Shown piece after piece: positions 12,573 to 28,564 of a stretch of 64,000 bases of DNA. Below the pieces are notes generated by a model. It was not told where the DNA came from. It saw only the letters and a list, made by a program, of their open reading frames with translations, and ran no database searches. Numbering within the stretch: position 1 is the first letter of the stretch; each line of letters starts with the position of its first letter. Made by a program: the position numbers and the translations under genes. This stretch comes from Octopus vulgaris (lineage: Eukaryota). The stretch spans positions 70,370,001-70,434,000 of the forward strand of contig OX597825.1 of NCBI GenBank assembly GCA_951406725.2, written 5' to 3'.

Positions 12573-13388
12573 CAAACACACCAGTGTTCTTTCAGTTTCC
12601 GTCTACCGAATCCACTCACGAAGCCATAGAGGAAGACACCTGCTCAAGGTGTCACATAGTGGGACTGAACCCGGAACCATGTGGTTGTGAAACAATCTTC
12701 TTACCACACAGCCACATACACCACTGGATGAGACTTTTCCCTTTCTACTCTACGCACATAATTCACTAAGAACTCGTATTTTTTTCTTTGTCTATTGTTA
12801 ATAAAATCCTTTTAAATATATAGTAGACCTTTCAATCCACTTACTCTGGCTTACGTGATGTTTAGGAACAAACAATCTTGCTTACATGTGTTTACAAATA
12901 ATTGTTCTGATCCGGCTTTCAAGTTCTATTTTTTGCACCAATCCGGCCTGCACAACCAGAAGAGTTTCAAACAAATCTGCTTTAAGAGGGTCGGAATGGT
13001 AGGATAGCTAGTGGCATTGTTCCGGCTTTGTGTGGTCTCTTCAAATCTGGTCGAACCTAACTTAAATTCCTTTCATCCTTTCAAGTTCTCGCTCCTCTCT
13101 CCTTTCTCTCCTTCCCGTCTCTCGTCTTCTCTCTTCCTTGGCCCCCCCTCTCGCCTCACTGTTTTCATATTATATATGTGGGCATCTGTGTGTGTGTGGG
13201 TGTGAGAACCTATGGCCGAGACCGAATGGTGCGTTGTATGAGTAAAAACACCACTTCATCTCCCGTTGTTCCTCGATCATTTCCTCACCTGACACGTGGT
13301 ATACCATGCACCTTTTCGGACAACGCCGATTTGATAAAAAGAGTGAACTAAAGTACAGCAATATCTATAGAGAGATAGGTAGATAGAT

Positions 13389-13466
<78 letters not shown>

Positions 13467-13509
13467 GACAGACAGACGGATGGACGGACGGACGGATATA
13501 CAAATACAA

Positions 13510-15110
<1,601 letters not shown>

Positions 15111-15162
15111 TATATAGCGGCGTACGTACACTTTGGTCTCTCTCTCTCTCTCTCTGTCTTTC

Positions 15163-15209
<47 letters not shown>

Positions 15210-15540
15210 TTCGCTATATATATACACGCGCGCCGGCGTATATATTAGCTCACAACACCTTTGAGCAAACAGCCTTGGAGATAATCGTATGAAAATAGTA
15301 TAAGACATTGTTTCAATCAATATTAACAAGCCTGGGGCTGCAAGACAAAGGAACAAAGCGGCTGCAAATATACCGCCTGCACTGACGCGCAATCCTCACA
15401 CTTCCAACATCTGCCGGGTTTTTTTGAAAATCGTTTGCGAGACTTAAATGTCACATTCAACATAAGTATTATGACTGACAAAGAAAGTGTAATTTGTCGG
15501 ATGCCCATATGTCAAAACTTAGGAGAGAATCCAGCATACT

Positions 15541-15935
15541 TACGGGGGTTGGACAAAATAATGGAAACACCCTATTAAATAGAAATTTTATTATTCAATA
15601 CGAAATTTGCCCACCTTTGGCATTAATCATAGCTTTAATCTGAACGGTTGCAGAGGGATGCTGATCCATTCATCAAGTAAAACCCGCTTTAGCTCTCTAC
15701 CTCTATTCAACGACGATGGTGGAAGAAAGCAGTTCCTCACTTGCTGTTTTCAAAACGCTCCATAAATGTTCGATTATATACTGAGATCCAGTGATGGGAG
15801 AGGAAGTGGGGCAATGAAAGAGACCTGCTTCATTTTTGTGCTTTCCATACCCAACTGTGAATAACATTAGCCGTATGAACCGATGCATTATCTTCCTTGA
15901 AGATTGCACTATCATCAGGGAGCAATGCATGTATG
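15541..15935 (-). mobile_element. Tc1-family transposon end: TIR plus a disrupted DD34E transposase C-terminus
   Basis: TA-CGGGGGTTGGACAAAATAATGGAAACACC terminus. Minus frames give EDNASVHTA, IIEHLWSVLK and INAKGGQISY-stop. Confidence 0.85.
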
Positions 15936-15998
15936 TATATCTCGCTACGAGATTTACTATAGCTATATAAACATGCATTTATAAATATATATATATAA

Positions 15999-16042
<44 letters not shown>

Positions 16043-16049
16043 GTATGTA

Positions 16050-16420
16050 TGGGGAGAGAAAAGGTGAAGACAGGTTCACAAAAACAGACAGATGTATTTA
16101 TATATTATTAGGAACATAGAAAGAAACAAGAGAGATAAAAAGTAGTGGTAATCTGAAGAAATAGAAAAAATAATTTTAAAAATGGAGTTGAACGAAGATT
16201 GAACAGAAATCCTTTTATTGCATTCTACACGTGTTTCGAAAGCCACAATTTACCAAATTCCGATTGAATAAGGAGACCATAATCCGCACCAACGCACGGT
16301 TGCAACACCATATGGTTGTACCTCCAACCGTGCTTTCTTCTGCTGTGATTTTTGCTACCAAGGTATCGGTTAAACTTTTGATTAATCTGCAACAAGATTA
16401 TTCATATTTCTATTTCACCA
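16050..16420 (-). mobile_element. Penelope-like pLTR remnant with a hammerhead 3' half
   Basis: Minus strand reads GGCTTTC-GAA-ACACGTGT-A-GAATGCAATAAA. The 5' core is absent. Microsatellite flanks. Confidence 0.45.
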
Positions 16421-16421
16421 A

Positions 16422-16463
<42 letters not shown>

Positions 16464-16546
16464 AAATAAATCGTACAATGTATAATTTTACCCTCACGGG
16501 CTATTCTTTACTGGAAAGCAATACTCTCGTATTGCATTACTATTTT

Positions 16547-16595
<49 letters not shown>

Positions 16596-17432
16596 GGAAG
16601 AGATTTAACATTGCAACGCTACCTTGTTGACATAAGGCCAACCACATTATGTTTAAGACTAAACCCATTATGGGGTTTAGTCTATGGAGCCAATTTTTTT
16701 TTCAATAATTCATACGAATACATTCTCTCTTTTCTAAACAGACATTATTGGTCTATTGATCTTAATCCCTTCATTTGGCTAGCCTCGAGTTCATGATATC
16801 CTTAATGGCCCAGGGGATTAGTGCATTCTGAGTTGAGTTTCTTATTAATGCACTCGGTAATTATTTACACCGAATGTTTTGACCATGCGAAAAAAAACTT
16901 TCGGAAATATGAGTGGAAGTGGGAGGTTGAAATCCACTGCAAACCGTAGGTGAATAGGAACTGATATAATGTGGAATAACTATGATCTGCTTGTAGAACA
17001 AGGTGAGTAGAGGAGGGGGATAGTTTGAATGAAACCTTCCCTACCTTCAACTAATCCTACCAACACCACCATAACTACCAACACGATAACTGCAACCACT
17101 AACCAGCACTACGTCACCTTTGTCATTTGTCAGCTTACTGTGACATTTTCTCCCTACTCTCTTGAACTATATATATTTCGTACTTGCTAGGTATCTACCA
17201 GAAACACAACACAACACACATACACACACACATACACACTCACATACACACACGCGCACATGCACACGCACACACATTCGAATGTCTATTCTTTTGTTCT
17301 TTTACTTGCGTCAGTCATTTAACTGCGGCCATGCTGGAGCACCGCCTCCAGTTGTACAAATCGATCCCAGGACTTATTCTTTATAAGCCTAATGGATCTA
17401 TACGCTCTCAATCACTAATCACAGATTTTTTA

Positions 17433-17477
<45 letters not shown>

Positions 17478-17482
<5 letters not shown>

Positions 17483-18030
17483 CTTTACCACACACCGAAC
17501 TTTTCAGAAATAGCAGCCAAAAATTTGGCTATTTCTTCAACTGCAAATAAAAGTCTCCAGACAATGCATACTCAGAAAATAACTCACATAGGTATAAGGG
17601 AAAAACAGTGAAAGATCACATCCATATACGATACCCGAGGACAGTCTGTTTCTGGATTTGTGACTCACGTGGGTGGACAGGGAGAATAACAGATCTCATT
17701 CGTATTTTTGGATTCGCTAGTACTGGGTGTCTGGCATGGTTTGTCCGATGTTACAGATATCGGACGGGTATGTTTGATTCTTAGTATTTTCAAATCTAAA
17801 TCAGAAGAAATCTCTGAGCTGATGAAGGAAAAGTGGCGTTTTACCCACAAATCCAGAAACAGACTGTCCTCGGGTATCGTATATGGATGTGATCTTTCAT
17901 TGTTTTTCCCTTATACCTATGTGAGTTATTTTCTGAGTATGCATTGTCTGGAGACTTTTATTTGCAGTTAAAGAAATAGCCAAATTTTTGGCTGCTATTT
18001 CTGAAAAGTTCGGTGTGTGGTAAAGTGAAT
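17478..18030. repeat. 185-bp inverted repeat (17478-17662 / 17846-18030), Penelope-like inverted pLTR architecture
   Basis: Arms are reverse complements with 2 mismatches seen. (TA)n lies on both sides, and the right arm begins inside a hammerhead stem II. Confidence 0.9.
17814..17873 (+). ncRNA. Type I hammerhead ribozyme, canonical core
   Basis: Stem I CUGAG/CUCGG; core CUGAUGA; stem II GGA..UCC; GAA; stem III ACAG-A-CUGU. Predicted cleavage GUC after 17868. Confidence 0.85.
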
Positions 18031-18055
18031 TTTTTTACTTTACCATATTTTTATA

Positions 18056-18108
<53 letters not shown>

Positions 18109-18299
18109 CGTGGGAGTGGCTGTGTGGTAAGTAGCTTGCTTACGAATCACATGGTTCCGGGTTCAGTCCCACTGCGTGACACCTTGGGCAAGTGTATTCT
18201 ACTATAGCTTCGGACCGATCAAAGCCTCGTGAGTGGATTTGGTAGGCGGAAACTGAAAGAAGCCCATCGTATGTATATATATATATGTATATATATATG

Positions 18300-18880
<581 letters not shown>

Positions 18881-19329
18881 ATATATATATATGTATATGT
18901 ATATGTTTGTGTGTCTGTGTTTATCCCCTCAACATCGCTTGACAACCGATGCTGGTATGTTTGCGTCCCAGTAACGTAGCGGTTCGGCAAAAGAGACCGA
19001 TAGAATAAGTACTAGGCTTACAAAGAATAAGTCCTGGGGTCGATTTTCTCGACTAAAAGGCGGTGCTCCAGCATGGCCACAGTCAAATGACTGAAACAAA
19101 TAAAAGAGAAAAAAGAGTAAAGAGTATGAAGCAGCACGTATCTGTAAATTTTGCGAGAAATATATCTTTTGCTTAAATTCATAGTTTTACTCGGAAGAAA
19201 AAGCGTTGAAAATAAAGCATTATGAGTTAATTCTAAATGGCGGAATCTCACAAACATGTACACAAGCATAAACACATGATTATACACTGACGAACACAAC
19301 ACACACTCATACACCCTCCATCTCTCACA

Positions 19330-19380
<51 letters not shown>

Positions 19381-20094
19381 TCAATCTCTCACTCACACTC
19401 ACATATATAAGTGATATAATTTTTGCTTTCCTGACTGGGTCTTACGTACCATTATCAACGACTAATCTTTGTGTAGGAGTGCCGGTTGTGCTAGATAAAA
19501 TACTTTTAAACAATATAGCTGAAATATAGTTCAAAACTAAATTTGTTTCCTCATAAGCAGTTTTTTTCAGATTTCTGTGCCTTAAATATGAGCATTGCAT
19601 GATCTACGCCCTTGGAAGCAAAACTCATTTCCGCAAAATTCCATTACAAAATATGCGTCTTAAAGAAAGGTATTAGGAAACTAAGTCGAGATGGCTGGGA
19701 ATAGTACGAAATTTCTTCTCCCCAGAATCCAAAAAAAAAAGTAATACTATTTATCAGCATAATTTACGCCCCCACAAAATAACCCCACAAAATTTTATTT
19801 TAAAAAAATCATGTACTTTTGAGGAAGTTATAACGGAAACAAAATTGGAGGGACATCAAAATTGTTGTTATGACAATGTTTCGTAAGTGTAAGAAGCACT
19901 ATTACATATGCGAATTATAATATTTTCCTGTAAATTAAAATATACAGTCTCTAAGTTGTAAATTTACCAACTGTTTTCCCCACTTGTTTTGAACGGATGT
20001 GCTATTTTCTATCCTGACGATATGGGCATGCTAATTTACACACACGCATGTATAAACGCTTCTTTTTTTTTTTTTTTGTATTTCTGTTTATTGC

Positions 20095-20910
20095 CCCTCA
20101 CCGCTTGACAACCATTGCTGGCTTGTTTACGTCCCCGTAACTTAGCGGTTCATCAAGAGAGATCGATAGAATAAGTACTAGACTTAAAAATGAATACTAG
20201 GGTCGATTTGTTCGACAAAAGTCCCTCAAGGTGGTACCCCAGCATGGTCGCAATCCTGTGACTTAAAGAAGTAAAATAAAAAAGTTCGGGCTGAGCGCTG
20301 CGTTAGAAACATCCCATATCTTCCCAGAACTTTATACATACATGCATGCATAAATACATACATGTGTATATGTGACCACCTCGTGACCGACCAGACTATC
20401 AGATGCTGTTGCACATCTGCCCCGACACAGCCCCGCTGCCCGGCCTGAGCACGATCCAGCAATTGAGAGTGCAACCACTTTAGTTACTAGGCCACACGCC
20501 TCCCAACCACATGGTTTCGGGTTCTGTAAGTAGCTTGCTTACCAACCACAATGGTTCCGGGTTCAGTCCCACTTCCTGACATCTTGGGCAAGTGTCTTCT
20601 ACTATAGCTTCGGACCAACCAAAGCCTTGTGAGTGGATTTGGTAGGCAGAAACTGAAAGAAGCACGTCGTATGTGTATGTGTGTGTGTGTGTGTGTATCT
20701 GTGAGTTACTTGGTGTCACTCTTGACAACCGGTTTTGGTGTCTTTACGGCCCCGTAACTTAGCGGTTCGGCAAAAGATATAAGATATGGATAGAATAAGT
20801 ACCAATCTCAATTAAAAAAAAAAATGTCCTTGGGTCAATTTGTTTGGACTAAAACCCTTCAAGGCGATGCTCCAGCTTTGCCGCAGTCAAATGGCCGAAA
20901 CAAGCAAAAG
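20095..20910 (+). mobile_element. SINE family A tail plus a near-complete copy
   Basis: Family A tail at ~20095-20280 and head-to-tail copy at ~20500-20910. Confidence 0.8.
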
Positions 20911-21680
20911 AATATGTGTGTGTGTGTGTGTGTGTAGTTATCCATATGTATGTATGTAGTCCGCTCGAGATTGCTGCAGTTCACCCCAGCTTTCAATATG
21001 TAGAAAAAATGACACGCATTCACTGATCTTGCAACAAGCAAATTAGATCATTAAGAAAACCTCTATTACAGGCGAAAGCAGTATTTATGCCAAGAAGTCA
21101 TGTTCATCGCCACCTTATATATACACACACGCTTAAACGCTAAAAAAAATCCGCCATTGTTTTGTACAGTAACACAGCTCGGCTGCATGAAGGAAGATAC
21201 GGAAATAACGATGTATTGTACTGTAGATAGCTTAGTTTAGGAAATAGGAGTAAAAATATTCAGACCATGAGATAAGTGGGCGAGGAATGAAGTAAATTAA
21301 ATGATTAAAAGTTGATGTTTAACGTATAATCTTTCTGTAACTGTTTTTCTTATGAATAGTTTTATGGACGTTCGTTGAAATGCTTACTGACGAAAAGAAT
21401 AATAGAATAAAAGAACTCGGCAGCTATTTCTCATAAGTGACCCACTTCTCGTAATTAAAAAATACGTGATAAATAATGTATAAATACAAAATCAACAAGG
21501 AAAACACTGAACGCTTAGTAAATACACACATAAATGCTCGCGCGTATACAAACACGAAGACACACATACACAACCACGAACGTAGACGAATCGACACTCA
21601 TAGATACATGCATTCATTCAAAAATAAAACTTACATAGGTGCAGGCATGGCTGTGTGATGAGCAATCTCGCCTGGCAAAC

Positions 21681-21712
<32 letters not shown>

Positions 21713-21713
<1 letters not shown>

Positions 21714-21925
21714 AATTAGAGATAAAACCACTGTTATGCAACTCAAACAGTGATAGACATAAACCAAAGCATAAACAACAAATAAAATATATTTGGTCTA
21801 TGTTTATCACTGTTTGAGTTGCATAATAGTGGTTTTGTCTCTAATTTATATTTTATATATTGTGAAATTTGATTTAATAATAAATTGAATTTTTTCCTAT
21901 AAGTTTGGAGTTATGCTCTCTAATA
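21713..21925. repeat. ~56-bp inverted repeat at a pLTR-like end; related copy at 24300-24412
   Basis: AAATTAGAGATAAAACCACTG..CCAAA / TTTGG..TCTCTAATTT. The flank 21850-21915 is reverse-similar to 24305-24380. Confidence 0.7.
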
Positions 21926-21986
21926 TTATTATTATCATTATTATTATTATTATCATTGTTATTATTATTATTATTATTATTATTGA

Positions 21987-22035
<49 letters not shown>

Positions 22036-22037
22036 GA

Positions 22038-22068
<31 letters not shown>

Positions 22069-22141
22069 ATTAATATTATTATTATTATTATTATTATTAT
22101 ATCTATCTATCTATCTTATTATTATCTATTATATCTATCTA

Positions 22142-22187
<46 letters not shown>
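21920..22187. repeat. (ATT)n, (TCTA)n and (TA)n compound microsatellite
   Basis: Direct inspection. Confidence 0.95.
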
Positions 22188-22190
<3 letters not shown>

Positions 22191-22430
22191 GAGTAAAGGA
22201 ATAGAATAGATAAGATCCGGGTTATATATGTTTCATAGTGAGCGCGGCCTCAGAAATGTAAATTTTCAAGCGAGGTGCATACCGCAGGCTACCCTTCAGG
22301 CCAAGGGATATCTTGATTAAATGTAAATATAAACTTTCGTTTAATCAAGATATCCTTGACCTGAAGAGTAGCCTGCATTATGAAACACATGTAGCCCGGA
22401 TCTTATCTACTCCATTCCTTAACTCTTGTA
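22188..22430. mobile_element. Inverted pair of hammerhead-bearing pLTR fragments
   Basis: Plus strand CTGAAGA-GTAGCCTGCATTAT-GAA-ACACATGT-A at 22361-22393. A diverged, longer-stem-II mirror copy lies on the minus strand at ~22215-22305. Confidence 0.6.
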
Positions 22431-22630
22431 TTCTTATTCGCCAACCTGGCAACCCTGGTTGCCGTGAAATATAAAAGTACTTTTTTCAGTTTATCGTACT
22501 TTGATACAAAAGCAGTTCACAATTTTTCCGTCACAATAAACCACTTATTGCCCCTGAACTGAAAGTTGCTTTTTATATTTACTGCGGATTGCTTGAAGCT
22601 AACGTTCTTCCGACACCACGATCCCTAGAT

Positions 22631-22677
<47 letters not shown>

Positions 22678-22898
22678 TTTTAGTTATTTTTATTTGTTTT
22701 AGTCACTTGATTGCTGACAATGCTGGAGCATTGCCTTAAAGGGTTTTTTAGTCGAAGAAATCTACCCCAGGACTTATTCTTTGTAAGTCTAGTACTTATT
22801 CTATCAATATCTTTTGCCGAACCGCCAGATTACGAGAACACCGGTTGTCATGCGATAGAGTGGTAAGACAAACACAGACTCAAAGACATAAGTATATA

Positions 22899-22982
<84 letters not shown>

Positions 22983-24249
22983 TATATATATATATATATG
23001 TATGTATGTACTAGCTGAAGTACCCGGTAAAAAAATTACGTTAATAAGATGTCTGTTTATAGCCATGAAACATTTTTTGTCAAATCTCTATATTTTTCAA
23101 CAATTTACAATCTATATTATTGGGTCCTGTTATTACTATTATTGTTTTTTGTACGCGTGGCATCGTCCATATATATATATATATATAGCGATCTCAAGAT
23201 TAATCATATACACTGTATGTTTGTATGTCTTCTAAATGTTTTACGTTCTTGTCCCAGTGTGTTGTGTGTGTATGTATATCTACGTGTGTGTCTCCCCACT
23301 AGCACTTGAGAACCGGTGTTGGTGTGTATGTGTCCCAGTAAAGAGGTCGATACAATAGGTACTAGGCTTTAAAAAAATAATTATAATAATAATAATTAAT
23401 TAATTAATTAATTAATTCTTTTTATTGGCCACAAGGGCTGACAAACATAATTGGAAAACATAAAGGGACAAAACAGGACGAAAGGTTGCAAAGGGTTTTG
23501 TCCGTTTGTGAAAAAAAAAACCCAGTAAAAAGCAGTATAACAACGAAAAACTCCCAATAGAGGAGACTAGGCTTTAAAAAATAACAACAATAATGTCTTG
23601 TGGCCGATTTATTCGACTAAAACTTTCAAGGCGGTAAAAAGAAAAAAAATAGAAAGTAAAAGCGTTTACAAAAGACCTGGTTTCAAGGCATGCTGTCAAT
23701 TGTTGGTGCTCTGCAGACAAATTTCTCCTCTACATATCAGTGACCGACTTAAGGGTTTTCCATTTACACTTCAACACACTGTAAAACTATACTGAAATTG
23801 CTTTTACATATCCCTACTAACTTACTGGTCGTTTAGTTTCGTTTTGCTTCGGTTTTTCCTCTTGTTTTTTAATCTTTTGCTATCTTTTTGTTTTTGGTTT
23901 TGGTTTTTGGTTTTTAAGTTCAACAAATGCGCCAGTCAGTATTAAATAACCTAATTTGTGTAACATTTTATGTCTCTTTTAAATATGCAGTGACACTTTA
24001 AGAGAAACGTGGCGATTAATATGAAATGGCTTTCATGCTTTAATGGGATCTTTTAAAAAAATGTGTCCTAGAACAAATTAAACTTAGATTTGATTTATAG
24101 GTGTTGTCACTGCCACCGCTGCCGCTTATGATGTTTTGATCCGAAATAGTGTATTTATATGTGAGTGTGTGTGTGTGTGTGTGTACTTATATATACACAT
24201 ATATACACGTACACACACATATGCATCTATCTATCTATCTATCTATCTA

Positions 24250-24301
<52 letters not shown>

Positions 24302-24412
24302 TAATATTAGGGAATATATCCAAACTTACAGGGAAAAATTAGATTTAGGATTAAATCAAATTTCACAGTATAAATATAAAAATTAGAGATAAAAATTTTA
24401 TCTCTAATTTGA

Positions 24413-24449
<37 letters not shown>

Positions 24450-25645
24450 ATACACACGTACACACACATGCGTGTTGAAATATATGTCTGTACATCTCTA
24501 TGTATTTGTGTGTAGTACTTAAATATACATATATACACACGTACACATACAATTGCATGTATATGCGCTTGCGTGAAGAAGTGTGTGTACGTGTGTGTGT
24601 GTGTGTGTGTGTTCCTGAGATATTAAAACAGTTAAATATGTATATTTTTCTTGTTGTTAGCTCTGGATCAACTCAGATCGAGCAAGCAAGTTTGCGGTCA
24701 AAAGCATTCCAACCGCGACAAACTCGCTGTAATTTAGAGAGTATAATCTGAACTGCATTATCCAACATCCCCTTTCTTAGTTCAAGAAATCAGTGAATGA
24801 TTTTAATGGAGACTTAGCTGCTATTTCTAACTACTCAGTTAACCATGCAGAATCTCCCTCTTTCCCTCGGGGTTTACATGAAGTTCATCACGAAGTCAAA
24901 TGGCTGAAACAGGCAAAAGATAAAATGGAAGGATATAAACCACGCAATGTTTAGATGTTTGATCTGGAATAAAATTTTTGTATGTTTAGAAGTTTGCTTC
25001 GAATGTAAGAAAATAAATCCTATATCAACACACGTTGATATCCTATATCAACATACTTCGTTGATATTTCTGTGTATAGCTTAAACTAAAGCTATATAGG
25101 TGTCTTTTACTATAGCCTGAGAACGTGAGTGGGGAACGGAAAGCTCAAAGCTGCCCCGGGCGGCAAATACACAAGCTATCAGGTTGTCCCAAAACTGCCC
25201 AGTCATGTCCACCAGTCACACATCCACATACGATACAACACACGCCAGAGCCTAGTTCTATCCAGCTATAGTATCGGAGTGTCAGATAAATTCGTTGGTT
25301 TTTTTTTTGTGGGTGGTTTTTTGTTCCTATTTGGCACTCTATTGTCAAACGTCTAAAAACAGCTAAAATTTATTTAAATTTCCAAAACGATGAAGAATAT
25401 AAACTATTAAAAACCCATAAAAGACTTCGATAAAAATATTTATCGTGTTAATTCAAATAATAGATGGCGTAGGTGGGGAGAACGAACGAATTTATCTGAC
25501 AACCAAATAGTCCAAGTTAGCTTACAGGTCGGAGTACCATTAGTTTTAGACTGTCATGGTCGGATATCCGATAGTACTTTATTGTCATTGTTCTATACTA
25601 TCAGTGCAAGCGAAAGGGATTAACCCGTATTTCTGCTGAGGCACC

Positions 25646-26284
25646 GGATCTTTACCTTTTGACCGACAGATTTAAAAAATAATTTTTTGTGACCAAACAC
25701 TTTCAAATTTCGGACACTGGTAGAATGTGTCATATAAAATATCTTTTACTCTTAGCGTTTTTGAGAAAAGCTTATATTTACGAAGTTATTTCACGTTAAA
25801 GTTCTCGTATTTCGGTAATTTCAAACAATCAATGACGTGTATTCAGCTGAATAAAATTACTGCCGTTGTTTGTCAACAACAACTATCGACGGTGTATTTT
25901 TCGATTGTCACTGTTATTTATGACATCGTTCGTGCGTTTGAACTGGTTTTAGCTTTAAGAATTAGGGTGTTAGGATTTTAGGGTTTTGGGATTAAGGTTT
26001 TAGGGTTAGGGTTGTCATAAATAACAGTGATAAACGAAATATACACCGCCGTAAGTTCTTGTTGACAAACAACGGCAGTAATTCTATTCAGCTGAATACA
26101 CATCATTGATTGGTTGAAATTACCGAAATGCGAGAACTTTAACGTGAAATAAATTCCTAAATTTAAGCTTTTCTCAATAACGCTAAGAGTAAAAGATGTT
26201 TTATATGACACATTCTACCAGTGTCCGAAATTTGAAGTTGCACAAAATTATTTTTCAAATCTGTTGGTCAAAAGGTAAAGATCC
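25646..26284. mobile_element. Foldback MITE with ~280-bp TIRs, 8-bp TSD and a TTAGGG-like centre (Merlin- or Mutator-like)
   Basis: GGATCTTTACCTTTTGACC...GGTCAAAAGGTAAAGATCC, with the direct repeat GAGGCACC at 25638-25645 and 26285-26292. Confidence 0.9.
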
Positions 26285-26682
26285 GAGGCACCAAGACAAA
26301 ACTGATTAAAACTATGCTGTTTGGCCTCTCCGTTCCTCACCGGAACGAAACCCTCCTTACTCTGTCTACATAGAAACACAAACTGCAGGAAATACGAGTC
26401 AAATTTCTCTCAAACCATAACATAACACCTTAAAAATGGAAGGACAGGCTGCATAATGTAGTCCTAGATCCTAGATAAACTAAGTTTGATATGATGGTCG
26501 TAAATGGAGCATCTTCGGTAGTTAGTCATTTGGAGCAATACAAATGTGGATCTGAGTAACAAAAACTACTACACCTACATCATAGACCAAAAGGAGCTTT
26601 CCATATGATCACTCAGGCTACAAGAAATGATACCGAATCTCACACAAATGGGCCAGCGCAGAGATAGGGCAACATGATGATG

Positions 26683-26719
<37 letters not shown>

Positions 26720-26720
<1 letters not shown>

Positions 26721-27375
26721 CGTTTCTACTCTAGGCACAAGGCCCGAAATTTTGTGGGAGGAGGCCAGTCGATTAGATCGATCTGAGTACGCAACTGGTT
26801 CTTAATTTATCGACCCCGAAAGGATGAAAAGCAAAGTCGACCTCGGCGGAATTTGAACTCAGAACGTAAAGACAAACGAAATACCGCTAAGCATTTCGCA
26901 TATGACCTTTGGGGGTCGGTGTAAGATTTCGTTGTTAAAAATCTATGTGCAATAAATTGCGTATATTATCATAATGCACAAAATATTCTAAGAATTTTTT
27001 TCTATACAATTCCTAATAATATTTAATTAAAAAAGGAAAATAAAAGGTGGTGAGCAGGTAGAATCCTTAGCACGCCGGATAAAATCCTTGTGGCATTTCA
27101 TCCGTTTTTACGTTCTGAGTTCAAATTCCGCCAAGGTCGACTTTGCCTATCATCCTTTCGGGGTCGATGAAATAAATACCTGTTGAGTTCTGAGGGTCGA
27201 TGTAATCAACTTAACCCCTCCTCCAAAATTGAAGACTTTGTGCCAATATTTAATTATAAAAAAAGTACAAGATATTTTTTTTTTATTTTGAAAAACACCG
27301 AAAGACTAAGGGGTTCTCTCCGAGTAAAACAGGAATCAAAGGGGTCTATAAAGTGAAAATAGTTGAGAAGCACTG
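26720..27375. mobile_element. Two family B SINEs interleaved with a hAT-MITE remnant
   Basis: SINE B minus at 26720-26900 and plus at 27045-27245. MITE pieces at 26900-27030 and 27300-27375 resemble 30405-30617. Confidence 0.7.
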
Positions 27376-27906
27376 ATCTGGAACCACCACCGAAGACAAG
27401 AAAGAAAGTTAACGTCACATGTTTCAATTGTTAAAAAACATTGGACAACAATTTATTAAACAAATTCATTAAAAATTCACATCCTTAAGTTATTCCTACG
27501 CAATCCTAAAAATATAGTTTTCAAAAAAAAAAAAAATCCAATTTATAGAAATTATTTGTTAATTTTTAGAAAAAGTTGTTTTCCGAAATTACTTAACATG
27601 CATTCTTTTTTTTTTTTTTTTTTAATCTGTTTTGGTCAGGCAACATGTTTAAGAACAAAGCGTGATTTTGTTTTTACACAGACCGTATCCGCTATTTTAT
27701 TGGTGACGTTTTAATGGGCACACTCAAAGTTTTGTTTCGTGGGCGTGTATATTAGTAACCGACCGCTTATATGTATATCAGCCGAAATTGCGAGGATGAT
27801 CCGGTTCTTGACTGAAGATTGAAGGCTTCGAATATCCCGTCCGTATTTTTTGTGTCGTCTTCTAAATGTTTTGCGTTCTTGTCCCAGTTTGTATTTTTTT
27901 ACATAT

Positions 27907-27956
<50 letters not shown>

Positions 27957-27959
<3 letters not shown>

Positions 27960-28140
27960 TTGGCATCCTTTTTGTCTCGGGAGACAATGGAGTTGCGCAT
28001 AAAATAGTCTAGTCCGGCTTTTACATTTCATGACCTAATACATTTCCTGCTGTGGCTGTGTAGTCCTATCTCGGTCAAACACTCCCTCTGGCAGGTGCTG
28101 CAAATGTAGCGAAGACTGTTCCTGGCTGGGTATAATGTCA
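27957..28140 (-). mobile_element. RTE-clade LINE 3' end
   Basis: Minus frame RYICSTCQRECLTEIGLHSHSRKCIRS-stop (RTE-type C-terminal zinc finger), then the ATTGTCTCCCGAGACAAAAAGGATGCC tail. Confidence 0.75.
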
Positions 28141-28266
28141 TATATATATATAGATAGATAGATAGATACCGGAGTAAACACATAAATGTGAAACAAGGTG
28201 GAAAAAAGAGTACTCAAATACCAGTGGTAGAGTAATATGCTTTATTTAAAGCAGCAGAAAATTCAA

Positions 28267-28316
28267 CAAAACCTGTTACTCTGAGTTTCCCGTTGCCGTT
28301 CATCGGACAGTTTTTG
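28267..28316 (-). ncRNA. Type I hammerhead ribozyme (CCGAUGA core) in a pLTR-like fragment at ~28168-28320
   Basis: Stem I AAAAACUGU/ACAGGUUUU; core CCGAUGA; stem II A-CG-GCAA-CG-G; GAA; stem III ACUC-A-GAGU. GUA cleavage predicted between 28277 and 28276. Confidence 0.75.
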
Positions 28317-28347
28317 CTAGATAGATAGAGAGAGATAGATAGATAGG

Positions 28348-28394
<47 letters not shown>

Positions 28395-28533
28395 ATGGAT
28401 GGATAGATAGGCGTATGAATGTATACGTACGTATATATATATATATACATTATTAGTAACCGACCGCTTATAGATAGATAGATGGATGGATGGATTGATA
28501 GACGTATGAATGTATACGTACGTATATATATAC

Positions 28534-28564
<31 letters not shown>

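Noticed and set aside
23008-23045. ACTAG..CCCGG Helitron-like 3' end
   Set aside because: The hairpin is incomplete and no 5' end was identified.
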